The position numbers were made by a program, and so were the translations under genes. The notes under the pieces were generated by a model, which worked only from the letters and a program-made list of their open reading frames with translations, was not told the origin of the DNA and did no database searches. A stretch of 63,853 nt of DNA, the filler included, from Octopus bimaculoides (Eukaryota): NCBI RefSeq assembly GCF_001194135.2. It is 7 parts of 6 records of this genome, joined end to end, with 100 filler letters (N's around TTAATTAATTAA, not from the genome) between each part and the next. Parts side by side here need not be neighbours in the genome. Positions count along the whole stretch, not along the records: positions 22,287 to 34,008 come from NC_068982.1; positions 34,109 to 52,138 come from NC_068989.1; 5 more parts are not named here. One strand, 5' to 3'. Position 1 is the first letter of the stretch; the number at the start of each line of letters is the position of its first letter. Shown here in pieces: positions 22,943 through 35,440 of this stretch.

Positions 22943-22943
<1 letters not shown>
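22571..22943 (+). mobile_element. R4/Dong-like non-LTR element 3' end (restriction-like endonuclease + 3'UTR) with (AAT)n tail
   Basis: LIDVSIQSDDNVSLKEMEKLSKYKDLEIEVTRMWNLKTDTIPIIVGA..IQKIALLGTAHILRKTLSIQ*, a PD-(D/E)xK-type RLE region. Confidence 0.85.
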
Positions 22944-23022
<79 letters not shown>

Positions 23023-23023
<1 letters not shown>

Positions 23024-23215
23024 CGGACCAACTACATAAAGTGCAGAATAGACAACAGTACCGATAACGACAAACGCAGAATGTGTGGTGAGAGGGCTGA
23101 AACGGTATGGCACTTCGTTAGCGAATGCCCAAAATTGGCACGACGAGAATACAGAAGACGCCATGACAATGTGGCAAGAATGACACATTGTGAGTTCTGT
23201 AGATATCACGGCCCC
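23023..23215 (+). mobile_element. R4/Dong-like fragment (CCHC knuckle + RHD motif)
   Basis: RTNYIKCRIDNSTDNDKRRMCGERAETVWHFVSECPKLARREYRRRHDNVAR; it starts right after (AAT)n. Confidence 0.85.
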
Positions 23216-23251
23216 AAAGGTGTCAGGTAATGCTAACCATTTTCTCACACA

Positions 23252-23299
23252 GTCTCCGATGAAGGAATATATAAAATATCCCGGAAACAGCTGTAAAAC
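23252..23299 (+). ncRNA. Degenerate minimal type-I hammerhead ribozyme of Penelope-element type
   Basis: GTCT-C(C)GATGA-A-GGAATAT/ATAAA/ATATCCC-G-GAAA-CAGCTG-TA^-AAAC. Core U4 is C, stems I and II each have one mismatch, and stem III is palindromic. Confidence 0.55.
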
Positions 23300-24716
23300 C
23301 TATTTATAAATGTTCTGAAATCTTTCACAGCCTTGGATTTTTATCTCATTCTGAAAATTATATATATATANNNNNNNNNNNNNNNNNNNNNNNNNNNNNN
23401 NNNNNNNNNNNNNNNNNNNNNNNNNNNNNNNNNNNNNNNNNNNNNNNNNNNNNNNNNNNNNNNNNNNNNNNNNNNNNNNNNNNNNNNNNNNNNNNNNNNN
23501 NNNNNNNNNNNNNNNNNNNNNNNNNNNNNNNNNNNNNNNNNNNNNNNNNNNNNNNNNNNNNNNNNNNNNNNNNNNNNNNNNNNNNNNNNNNNNNNNNNNN
23601 NNNNNNNNNNNNNNNNNNNNNNNNNNNNNNNNNNNNNNNNNNNNNNNNNNNNNNNNNNNNNNNNNNNNNNNNNNNNNNNNNNNNNNNNNNNNNNNNNNNN
23701 NNNNNNNNNNNNNNNNNNNNNNNNNNNNNNNNNNNNNNNNNNNNNNNNNNNNNNNNNNNNNNNNNNNNNNNNNNNNNNNNNNNNNNNNNNNNNNNNNNNN
23801 NNNNNNNNNNNNNNNNNNNNNNNNNNNNNNNNNNNNNNNNNNNNNNNNNNNNNNNNNNNNNNNNNNNNNNNNNNNNNNNNNNNNNNNNNATATATATATA
23901 TATATATATACAGCGCCGAGCAATAGTAGAAAAACTTGCCCAATGTGCCATGCATGTGACACATATAAAGAAATATAGTAATCACTCGCTACATCACAGT
24001 TCACCTATTGTGCACTCAGCACATCGCAGATATTTCTGGATAATATATGTAAATTTATATCGCGTTCTCGCCACTATAACGCGGGTCTCTCCGGCCGATA
24101 GACATTTATATGTGTTTTAGATATTAATTATTTCTGTGGGAGGTTTTGGAACGTAACACCTGCGATAGTCAAGAGATCTTTGTAAATATGTATATACACG
24201 TATGTATGTATGTAGGTAGGTAGGTAGGTAGGTAGGTAGGCAGGTAGGCATGTCTGTATATAAACATATATCTATATAAACAATCATGTATGCTTACATG
24301 TATATAACTTCTTAGTAATAAACTGGAATTTCGTTTTGTACGGAGACAGAGCTAATGATATATATTTCACAGTATTAAATATTTTGTAAAAAGTGTAGTT
24401 TGAATTTTTAATTTACGAAATTAAATATTCAAATAATGAAGGATAATTTACTGAGTAGGAATATAATTAAAATTATTTAAATTGTGTAAATTAGTAGAGT
24501 CATTAAAAAAATTCCCACGGAACGATATAAAATGTAGGAGTAATTTCTTTCTTTTTGTATTTATTTATTTATTCTTTTTGGTGGGTGTTGTTGGTAATTT
24601 TTTTATGAACATCAACTTGAACCAATTTTAATCAATACTCCTAGACGGCTAAACACTCTCAGCATCATTTAATGGCAAATTATCCAAAATATCGACAACG
24701 TATGTGATTGTATGTA

Positions 24717-25750
24717 CAGGGTGTCCATAAATTACTTTTAAAGCTGAAAAATTCAGAAAAAAAAATAAGGGTAAATTAGAAGAGTTTATTGGAAAGCATA
24801 GATAAATAAAGATTTGTTAGAAACATGGCGATAATTCCATGTAGGTCTCGTTTGTTGCTTGCAACACATTTAGATAATAAATTATGGAAGTAGTAAAGAT
24901 AATTTGTGGACACCATCTGACCAGCCCAATTTGCCTGATTTCGTCCCAAAGACGTATGTGGTTGCACATTTTTTATGGTGAATGTGGATACATTTCAAAT
25001 CCTTGTTCGATCACTTTTTCTAATGACTTCTCTAAGCTTTCAGTGTGTCTGATTGCATCGCTTGTTGTTTACAGTAGAGTCACGTTCCAACAAATCATGG
25101 GGAACGACTGCGTTGTCATCCCGCAAAAGTCGCCATGACTTATTACCTATTATTCAAGATCACAAGATCTTGAAATTCTTAAACCTCCGACAAGAGATAC
25201 AATGCAATTCCGTTACCTGAGACTTCGTATCATAAAAATACGCTTACGTTCTATCCCCTTTCATCAGATCGACAAAAAAAAAAAACGTGTGTCCATTGTT
25301 TTAAAACACGTGCTGCAGACCAGAGAAGACTTCAGACTTCATACTTCAAATCGAATGTCATCTGCTACGGTGTCCACTTTATACACACTTTCCGATACCC
25401 CAAATCTATAATGCAATATACCCGCAATGTGTGCACTCAATTTGTGCACTCGCTATGGTGATTCACGTTAGCTGTTGCAATTGATGATCACCCACGATGT
25501 GGTTTATTCTCAATGGTGGTTTTCCTTTCTGTAAAGTTCTGCAGGCGTCTACAGACATTGCTCTTATTGAGAGTATCGTCTCCATAAACAGCCTAGACTC
25601 TCTTGTGAGTATCGGACAGCCTGCATTCATCGTTCGTCAAGAGCTCACTGATCGTATGTTCTTCCTGCTTCAAACCCGTTACTTACGTGCAATAAAGAAA
25701 AACGCTAAGAGTTACTCTACCAACACGTGCAGTTTGAATGACCAATAACA
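24717..25750 (-). mobile_element. Old, heavily degenerate mariner
   Basis: AVYGDDTLNKSNVCR..ENKPHRG; GDRT*AYFYD..GNKVMATF; LLERDSTVN..KLREVIRK; TA-CAGGGTGTCC terminus at 24715-24726. Confidence 0.7.
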
Positions 25751-26029
25751 GTTAATAAGAGTTGTGACATTGTTTGTTTTACTTTCAGTTGGGGTTTCTT
25801 GTGTGTATGAGTGCTAATGTGTGCGTGATGTGTATACATATATAGATGTGTGTCTGTATGTATGTTTATGTATATATATAGTTTACTTTTCCAAATAGGG
25901 AAGATTAACACAAAACGTACTCCATCCAGTGAGAAATAAATATTATTTAATGTAATTAGTATATACTTACAAGCTATTAATAATTGCATGTATTGGTGAC
26001 TACATCTCCAGCACATGAAACTAGTAGCA

Positions 26030-26500
26030 TAGGGTGGAGCAAAGAGGATGAACATTTTTTGAAAAATTTACAAAATCATTAATGTTTGCTGCAAACAAAT
26101 TTTATTAACATCAATGTGTTTGTATTGAATTAGCATTTGTCCGTATTAAGTGTGGAAAACATCATCCACCATGTGGTGTCAGTTTTCATTGATGCATTTC
26201 TAAAGGCGTTCTTGGATGTTGGCCGCCACTCTCTCCAGCGTTGCTCTGTATATAGTCCTATGGTTTCAACTGTTGCCGAGTAACTAATTTTTACAGGTGG
26301 AAATGCCGGTTTCCATGCAAAATACGCCTTACCGATCGATTACCGATGCCTAGTTCACTGGAATACCTCCTTCACCTGAAAAGTAAAATAAAGAAATGCT
26401 AAGGAAGCACGGATCTAATGCTATCTGCCAGATATATGTTTCAACCCCTGGGCTGAGTAATAGCCATTTTACAAATGTCCCTTCACTTTGCTTCACCCTG
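26030..26500 (-). mobile_element. Internally deleted non-autonomous Tc1/mariner element with TIRs
   Basis: The left end tagggtggagcaaagagg resembles the right-end reverse complement cagggtgaagcaaagtga, which is followed by TA. Residual peptides are ELGIGNRSVRRILH and LERVAANIQERL*KCI. Confidence 0.7.
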
Positions 26501-26799
26501 TAGCTCGTAACTGAATACTGAGTAAATTAAATTGTGTGTGTATGTACGCATGCATATATCTACGAATGTGTATATGTCTGTGAGAGTACGCATGTATGTG
26601 TATACGATTATGTTTGCATTCAAATATATATTCGTTAAACTACTTTTGGAACATAGTGTGCAAACTTGCCAGATAGATATACATCGTATTCTTTTCTTCG
26701 AAGGGAACAAGAAGATGTATTCGTATTTACTTAATGCTTCTCACTGAAGGAAACTATATATGTAAGCTCAAGGAAATATGTAAACCGAAATATATTTAT

Positions 26800-27120
26800 G
26801 ATTCTCTTTAGATTTTCCCGTTCATCTGCAGCCGAGAACAGCTTCATTCACTCTCGAAGTTTTCCCTTATTATATATTACCTTTCAGAGAATGGAGTACG
26901 TAACTCAATGGTCTTCTATGTTCCTTTCTACAGTCTTCCGTTTGTCTAGCATTTCCCTTATTCCCTCCGTGATTCTTCCGTTGGGATCCTGTTGGTTTGC
27001 AGTTGTCGCTTTCCACGAGCAACCGTTTATTTCCTGAATCGGTGAATCATAATCCTTATCGATTTCTTCTTGCTAACGCCCGCTTTTGTTCCTGAAAACA
27101 TTCTGCAGTTATGTCACATC
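26800..27120 (-). mobile_element. Possible RTE ORF linker (between EN and RT) remnant
   Basis: IDKDYD..RITEGIREMLDKRK..LFSAADEREN loosely resembles RTE linker sequence. Confidence 0.3.
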
Positions 27121-27644
27121 GAAGAAAGGGAAAGTGTATAGAGAAATGACAGCAATTAAGAACAAAGACAGGCTTGGTATAAAGGACAAGTGAGAGGTGG
27201 AAGAGTTCTGTCTAACCGTTTCCTCAATGTATTTTTCTGTAGTCAGTAACTCTTACTCGATCTTTCATCATCAAAAATATTAGAAGAGCTACTCATTCTG
27301 TTTAATGAAACAGAGTATACGTTGAAGATGAGAGAGGCTGATAATTCCCCGGGAAATGGTCTAACAACGTTCATGTTAATGTGTGGCAGAGAACAACTGG
27401 ACAAAATCCTCGATCAACGTTTCTAATATATTTTGAAAGTAAGAAAAATACCGTCACTATGGAAATAATCGAATATTAAGAGAGGTCGGTTCAGGGAAAC
27501 CTGAAAAGCTTCTTATTTCTACATTTCGCTTAAAAGCCCTATACAAATCGCGTAAAAGTACTCTGCAAATTGGTTAAAACCTATACAAATCACTTAAAAA
27601 TTATCATAGTCGTCAGACAATTACAACTTCTCGGCGGTCGACTG

Positions 27645-28330
27645 CTGAGGGAGCGGGTGAATTTTCGTGGATTTATGATAGATCACATATTCACTCTAAC
27701 ACACTTTTGGGGATGTGCAAAAAGGTGTAAACCACCTCTTTGAGTCTCTTTTTTGAATTACTGAAAGCGTTCGATAGCGTTCAGTTAAATGCAATGCTAA
27801 GGTTTTTGGAGACGCTGCTCTTAAAACAAAATATATGCAAAAGGAAGCACATGACCGAATTGTGGTTGGAAGAGCGGAAATTCGTAAAGTGAAGAAAAAT
27901 CTCTACTTGGAACCGACATCAAATATATACTCTGGCATGAAGGCTGACATTTTGTATACAGTAAGTATTGGGCGGTGAACGTTTGCATAAATGAGATAAA
28001 TACTCAAAGCACAGCTGAAAACCTCTGTACCAATTTCTTCAATAAAACTGTAGCCATCTGCTCTCTTAAACACATCTGAGTCATGGGCTACTACGAAGAA
28101 GGAATAGCCACTGGTTACGATTCAGACATCTATGGAAAGACTGGGATTATCATTTCAGGAGCATATCGGAAACAATGTAATTAGAGACCGGATTGTAGTG
28201 AAGGACGTGATGACCGAAAATTGAAAGCATAAGTTCCGTTGATTAACACATGTCAGCAGAAACACCGACAACATATGGAGCCTTGTAGTTTCCGAGTGGG
28301 GTTCCAGGGTTCCACTCTGAAAAACTTCAA
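27645..28330 (+). mobile_element. Degenerate, internally deleted RTE LINE
   Basis: IDHIFTLT..KAFDSVQLNAML and IRDRIVVKDVM..KFR*LTHVSRNTDNIW. Confidence 0.7.
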
Positions 28331-29809
28331 GATGATGGAAAATTACTTAGTGAAAAGATTACAGACCTAATAGAAAAGAAAGGCGCAATCAATATAATTT
28401 CGGAAACGAATTGCAACCAGCAGTGTAAGAGAACCTACGATATTTTAAGCGATAGACCGAATATTTATGCATAGATTTTTTTTTTTAGTATATATATTGT
28501 ACAATAACGTTTAAATATTTGGACTAGACTTGCTGGAAGTTAAATAGACCATTAAAAATTATATAAGGTGAACACTGACAAAAGAACTTGCCATTATTAC
28601 AATCAGGAGACATTTGAGAAATTGGTATTGTGTACATTTTTGCTGAACTGTAGTGTTTCGTATGAATTCTCGTAAATAGATTATAAACAAAAATATATGT
28701 AGCTCGCTCACGAAATCTGAACATTATGCACGGAAACAATCATTGTATTTTTGGTGATGCTATTATCTATCTGTCGATAAAGACAAGCCCTGGGATTCAT
28801 GGTTAGACAATGTCGTAGTATTTCAGTTTTAGTGATAAGTATTCTGTCAATGTTCGTGAGTAGAACTAAATATTTTCTCAATCTGAATATCAGAAAAATG
28901 TTTTCAGTTTTGAACAATACTTCTATCCTAGTAGAGATTTGCATATTCCTGAAATCACAATGATTGGCAATGATTAATAAAGTTCTCTGAGAACCGAACA
29001 TCCATACACATTCATACACAAAGATTAAATCTATTGGTGCTTTTGTATTTGGTTTTTCATGAAATATACAGAATAAAGAATTGTGGTAGTGAGTAGAAAG
29101 TGTTTAATTTCATGAAAAGCAATGCTTAAATTAATATTCAAATAAAAAAAATTATAACGTATAAAATTTTAAAAGTATATAATTAACAATTGTACATTGA
29201 TGGTCAAACAAGCTTGTATCCCAATTAAAAATAATAATACAGGTAGTTCTAGTGTTCCATACTCTCACATAGAATGCGCAAACTACTCTATAATTTTGAA
29301 TGGTGATTTGTGAGTGTTGGATCTAATTCTCGTCTCTGAAGCATTATGTAATCATTATCTTTCTTGCGCTCGTTTACAAATTGTAGGTGGCCAAGTAACT
29401 CATTATAACTGCGGCTAAACTGTGTAAAGCTACGTCTAGGTAGAAAGAAAAGATGGGTGTGGCAGAAGTAAAAGCCAATACTTAAATCATATATTCATAA
29501 AGCGTATAATTTTTGCACAATAAATTAGAGTTATTAACACAATGAATGTGAAATGTTTATTTACCCAAACACTGTTTTCTGTCTCGAAACTTTTTTTCAT
29601 ATTCTATTTCTCATGTGTTATTTTCTTTGTTAATATATTGCTGTAATATTGCATTTATGCATATCTTTATATAGTGATAAATATTTATCTCACGTTCGAT
29701 CTTGTTAAATACCTTCATTATCAAATTGTTTGATAACTTGTTATCAGTTGCATCCACGAACAGATTTACCTATCGCTATGTGCGCAAGGGTTCGTGCGTG
29801 CTTGTGTGT

Positions 29810-29847
<38 letters not shown>

Positions 29848-30199
29848 CGGTAAACGTTTTATTAATTATCTCATCTTCAGAAAAATTTCGAACGCTACAA
29901 ATCGATGAGATCCTTTGCATAGTGCATCGAATTTTCCTCCTGGAATGTATATAAAACCTCATCTTTGAGCTCAAATACACAGGATTTCGGTCGACTTGTA
30001 TACATGATCACTTCTCAAATACATTCAGATAAGCTTTTTGAAACATACAAGTACAGTCCATTGGCAAAATAGCCTTGGTATTCTACTACTCCTCTTCGGG
30101 CCATCCATGGCAGTTAGGTCGAGAAAGTCAATAGAGGCTGGATACTACCAACAGCATTTGAAGAGCATAACGGATAGGAACAGTGTCAAAGTTGTTCTG

Positions 30200-30750
30200 T
30201 AAAAATACCGGAAGAGACAAAAGCGGTCAACGCCTGACAGATTGTCCAAAAAAGCTACTGTGTACAACAACTTATTCAAAAGCAGACCTTTGCATTTTCT
30301 GCACCTGTTTTTGCCTTTCCATTTTACAGGTATCGCATATAATGGGGCTGGAACCATAGCGTGTGTCTCTTTCCCTGGCAAGTCAAGAACCATCGTTTAA
30401 AAATCTATGCCATCGCCATTTGTTCCTACTAATATTATCTTCAATTGTGGAAAACTGAAATTCTGGGATATGAGAAAGAGCAGACGACAGCGTAAATACA
30501 TGCACACAAAATAGTCTCACATACATGTCGTTTTGCTGAATAACCAGTTGTTGTCATGCTCATTCTAATATAATAAAAGCTGTTGCTAGTTTGGAAGATT
30601 ATTTCAATGGAAATTATACTCATTAGATATATATTTATCTTCCTTTCATAATCTTCCGAAACGCATGGAAGAAAGTGACCACACGCACGAATAGCGTGTA
30701 AAAAAAAGTAAGACGATGTTATTTGCTTAACAAATAATTTGAACACGATA
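30200..30750 (-). mobile_element. Possible ancient piggyBac C-terminal remnant
   Basis: Across frameshifts it reads DTRYGSSPIICD..KNRCRKCK..FLD, similar to the piggyBac C-terminal Cys-rich domain. Confidence 0.3.
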
Positions 30751-31639
30751 TTTTTGGGAAAGCTGGTAGAATAGTTTGCACGCTGGACAAAATTCTTAGT
30801 GACATTTCTTTTGGGTTTACGTTCAAAGTTCAAATACCGCTGATGTCGACTTTATTTTTCATTCTTTTGAGGACGATTAGTCAAGTACTAACGTCGATGA
30901 AATTGACTTACGCCTCTCCAAACCTATAGAAGAAAAACTGAACCTATAGAACCAAGGATTATGTTGCTGTTCATTTGGTGAAACTTGAAGGACGAAAACA
31001 CACATCCTATACAAACTGTATTTCATAATACATGTGTGTACGTACACAAAAACATATATAGGTTACCGGTCAGAAACTGTACTTTGCAGAATCTGTTCCG
31101 GTACTTTGAGCTCTGATAGTAAAATTGAGGTGACACTTGCGATAAACTACAGCCGTTCTCAAAAGAGAAAAAAGTAATCTATATTTGTACTAAATTATAT
31201 TTTTCAGAGGACTTGAAAACATATGGTGAAGGTAATGCCAAGAGTTGCAAAAGTGGTAAGCATTGAATGAATTATTGAGATATTAGCATTCCATTTCTAA
31301 ACTTCCGACTGGATTTTATAACAATTTTAATATCTCTGCCTCTCGTGCTACCATCAATCGTTAATGCTCCGAGGGAATATCCATCTCTTGTTGACATACA
31401 TGAAATCATAAGCTTTTCTCTCTCTCTCTATATATATATATATAGTTCAGAACTGCGGTCGACCTTTCATACTTTAAACACACACACACATCTACTCAGA
31501 TTATGAATTTTATTCAAGCTATTTAGCATTTATCTGTTGCTGTTCTTTAGGATGTGAGGCTTTTACCATACTCCATTGGCAATACACTGGTCTCTCTGTC
31601 TGTATGTTGTTCTGATGTGCGTTAATTTATTTTTGTGTG

Positions 31640-31900
31640 AATGAGAGTGTGTTCTTCTTCTTCTCAGTTATAAGTGTCTGCGCAATGAAGATGTCAATAT
31701 AGCTATAGGTGACAGCGATTGCGTCTGTACATGTGTATCAGTTGTAGCATGATGTTAGGATGTCGTATTCTGTAGAGAATGGTGACAGCAACGATATTTG
31801 TTGATTTCTGTGAGCATATGTTTGAATATATCTGCGTGTGATACATTTCTGCGTTAATTCCTGGTGGTGCGTGTATATTTGATAGTTGTTTCTTGTATTT
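31640..31900 (-). mobile_element. Possible L1/Tx1-type APE endonuclease remnant
   Basis: LSNIHAP and VTYSYIDIFIAQTL resemble the EN motifs NIYAP and TYSRIDYIF; the frames are disrupted. Confidence 0.35.
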
Positions 31901-32301
31901 CTTTTATTCCTATTTTTACTTTCATTTCCAGAATTTTCTTTTGACGCCAGTTTTGTCTGGACTCGTATTTCCGAGATTTAGAGACAATAATTTCGGAAAA
32001 ATGTCTCCGTAATTCAACCATTCTATGGCCGTTTAGTTAGTTGATGCCAGATCCAGAGAAAGCACAAATGCAGAGCATAAAAGATGTCACATCGAGAAAA
32101 TATCAGGGCGAAAAATAAAACCACAAGTTAATAAAATAACAGGTATAAAACTAACATGATAATACGCTAACATACCATAAAACCAAATACAAACGACTAC
32201 CACCGCTACTTATATAGATAGAACCACGAATTTATTTCATTCAGTATCAATTATATATACGAACTGGTTCGTTGAAAATCAACCAAGCAAATTAAACATT
32301 G

Positions 32302-32468
32302 TAGTAAAGAGTGTTTGCCAACATAACATGGCAGTACTTTGTTCGAAAATATAAGGACACAGATCGTGTCGTATGGCTAGCTGGGGACGATGTCTCCTGA
32401 GGCTAAATTACAGCAACATTGGTCCTAAACCAGGACTGCCATATTATGTTGGCAAACAGTCTTTACTA
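32302..32468. mobile_element. 167-bp MITE with ~34-bp TIRs, TA at both ends
   Basis: tagtaaagaGtgtttgccaacataaCatggcagt versus the reverse complement of the right end tagtaaagaCtgtttgccaacataaTatggcagt (2 mismatches). Confidence 0.8.
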
Positions 32469-32635
32469 AAAGGTACTGTTGCTGAATATCTCACGTTGTG
32501 ATATTTTAAAATAGTAATTTTTCTAAATTAAAAATTGGCAGATGAAAATCTCTAAAACTTCGTGAATATATGTATGTATGTACGTATGCATGTAGATATA
32601 GAATATTACATAGATAGATAGATAGATAGCCTCAC

Positions 32636-32681
32636 ATCTGGTAAGTCTATCAACAAACTCCCTTTCTATACACGTGTGTTT
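32636..32681 (-). CDS. Probable exon 3 of the secreted ependymin-like gene (phase to exon 2 unresolved)
   Basis: Acceptor region ttatgcctttttcAG-taactAG; open frame KHTCIEREFVDRLTR+T; strong donor AGAT|GTGAGG. Confidence 0.4.
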
Positions 32682-33464
32682 CTAGTTACTGAAAAAGGCA
32701 TAACGAAAGATATATGACTGAACTGATTGTGATATTGGGAAATTATTGTGGCTAAATCGAAATATATTAATATTTTTTGTTTGCAAATGCATGTAGATAA
32801 CAGCGTGAAAATATAAAGGGAGAAAGACGGTGTTGCCAAAATACTGGACACTTAAATCGAGAGTTAAGTGCGTTTACGGATACGATAAACTTACCGAATA
32901 AGAATTAAATTTATGATTTCATATATGGAAAAGTGCATGAAGATAAATATTTATGCAGAGGGTGCATTAACTTCAAGGCTAAAAGCAGAAATTCAAGTTC
33001 AAATTCGAGATGCTTTAAACATAGTAAAAGAGAGGAGAATCATTTAAAATTACGAGATGTGAAAATATCATTGGTATACATCATTAGAGTAACAACGGTT
33101 TCCTTAGACTGAAAAGCCAAATGAATAACAAACCACCTTTTAAATCATGAAGGTTCTTAAATACAGACATAAATAACAATCGTAGATGAAAGTTCTTACG
33201 TTCCTAAATCATATTCTAACTCCAAAATATTTGGAAACGATGTACACAGGGGAGATTAGAAATTGCTTTTGCAAATAAATCTCTTCTTAACTTCTACTTA
33301 GACTTATTAGATTCTTCACAAAGAACTTTTAAAAGTATTACTACTGCTGTATTTAGATACTTCCAACAAGCGACCTCGAGTAAGCCAGATCGTTCTTAGC
33401 TGCCGGCAGATTATCCAACCGATGCCATGGGTCTAGTAACAGTTCTTTTTGTCTTTTATCTTTT

Positions 33465-33848
33465 ATGTTTTCACTTGTTTAAGTCATTAGACTGCGGCCA
33501 TGCTAGGGCAGCGCCTTGAAGAATTTTTAATCGAATGAATCGTCCTCAGTACTTAATATTTTGGAGTCTGGTAATTATTTGGACATAAACATTCTAACAC
33601 CGGTTGTCAAAGTGGTTGGGGAGACGAACACAGACTCAAAGACAAATGTATCTATATATGTTTGTGTATGTATGTGTGTGTGTGTGTGTGGGGGCTTCTT
33701 TCAGTTTCCGTCAACAAAATCCACTCGAAAGGCTATAGTTGACCCGAGGCTATAGTAGAAGACACTTGTTTAAAGGGCCACACAGTGGGACTGAACTCCG
33801 AACCATGTGTTTAGGAAGCAAGCATTTTACCACACAACCACGCCTGCG
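33465..33848 (-). mobile_element. SINE family A
   Basis: Tail, internal (TG)n and tRNA-like head are all present. Confidence 0.85.
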
Positions 33849-34108
33849 CCAGTTGTTTCATATACGGAAATTATTTTCCAAATAACCATTTATTTGTCCT
33901 GTGAATGTTATATCTTATATTATGCACCATTTTGCATATTTAGCTACGCCTACATTCTTAGATTTTGTACTAATTGCTAGTAGCACCAGTGTATATATAT
34001 ATATATATNNNNNNNNNNNNNNNNNNNNNNNNNNNNNNNNNNNNNNNNNNNNTTAATTAATTAANNNNNNNNNNNNNNNNNNNNNNNNNNNNNNNNNNNN
34101 NNNNNNNN

Positions 34109-34146
<38 letters not shown>

Positions 34147-34359
34147 ACACATATATATATATATATATAAGTATATATATATATGTACGTATGTATGTAT
34201 GTATATATACATATATATATATATGGATCAAAACAGTTTGATTCAAATTCGTTGGTACTTCTTAGCGAGTACGGTAGTGGTTGTCTCTCCATTCCAAACG
34301 CTTGAAACACAAGAGTACCACATATGTATTTCCAAATTATTTGGTTGATTCCCCTTTTG

Positions 34360-34480
<121 letters not shown>

Positions 34481-34586
34481 TTACTCCATATGAGAATATT
34501 TCAGAGTTGAGTAAGATATTAACAGTTTGAATATGCCTTAGACATTATGAAGGCAATTAGGTTAGTATTATGGAAAGAATGCATAC

Positions 34587-34766
34587 CCGTCACAGATTGT
34601 GTAATAATGAGTTGGTTGGTTTTGAAGTTAAAAATACTGAAGCTCGATGATATTTCGGAAGTTATTCTCACAGCTACTTTCTCTGTGCGATCATCCACAT
34701 ATGCGTGTATTTCAACTGTCCTGTTGTTTGTAATTTCGTTAACTTCAAGACGAACTGAATATGCCA
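34587..34766 (-). CDS. Internal coding exon (exon 2) of a secreted, ependymin-related-like protein
   Basis: Acceptor cttcctaccttaccAG; 180 nt open in phase 1->1; (V)AYSVRLEVNEITNNRTVEIHAYVDDRTEKVAVRITSEISSSFSIFNFKTNQLIITQSVT; donor CGG|GTATGC; joins in frame to the exon at 40916. Confidence 0.65.
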
Positions 34767-35014
34767 CTGGTAAGGTAGGAAGCGGTTTGCCTGTAATGTA
34801 TAAAATGATTTTCGGTAAATTTTATTTTAAAGAATTTCAATAAGTTTTTTGCCAAACATGGTAATATGCTGAGCAAAAGAAAATGCTTTGTAGCATTTCA
34901 GTATTTAGTTTTCTCCATGTCTACTGAGTCCAGATCACAATATAGCATTCCTCTAGGAGTCAATCCAATATTCTGGATTGATTTTGGAAAGAATCATTAT
35001 CATTATTATTGTTA

Positions 35015-35440
35015 TTAAGGTATTGAACTGACAAAATCGCTAGACCAGCCGCTAAGACAAATTTCAATCTCCCGGGATCGATAAAGTATAACATTAATTA
35101 AGTAGTGGAGTCGGCGGTATCGGTTAAACCTCTTTCTTGAAAATGGCTGGTCTTGTGCCTAAATTGGAAGCGGCTGGCAGAATCGTTATAGCGTCAGGCA
35201 AAATGTTTAGTGCCTTTCGCTCGGTTTTTTTACATTCTCAGTGAAACACTACCGATGTCAACCTGCTTTTCATTTGGCCAGCTTTCTAACAATTTTACGT
35301 ATCCATCGCTTCGCATTTGTATTTTATTTATCGACCGAAATGGATAAATAGCAAAGTTGGCCTTCAGCGAGATTTGAACTCGGAGAGAAGAGAATCAGAA
35401 AGAATACTCTAACGACTTTACCAATTCACCGTCTTACAAC
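35015..35440 (+). mobile_element. Two diverged, adjacent SINE family B copies
   Basis: Repeated ggcagaatcgtta / tgtttag..tttcg / gataaagtata motifs. Confidence 0.6.

Noticed and set aside
31208-31255. Plus-strand 48-nt micro-exon (ttttcAG..AAGTG|gtaagc; DLKTYGEGNAKSCKS)
   Set aside because: The splice signals are good, but no partner plus-strand exons were found and it is antisense to the inferred gene; unsupported without RNA data.
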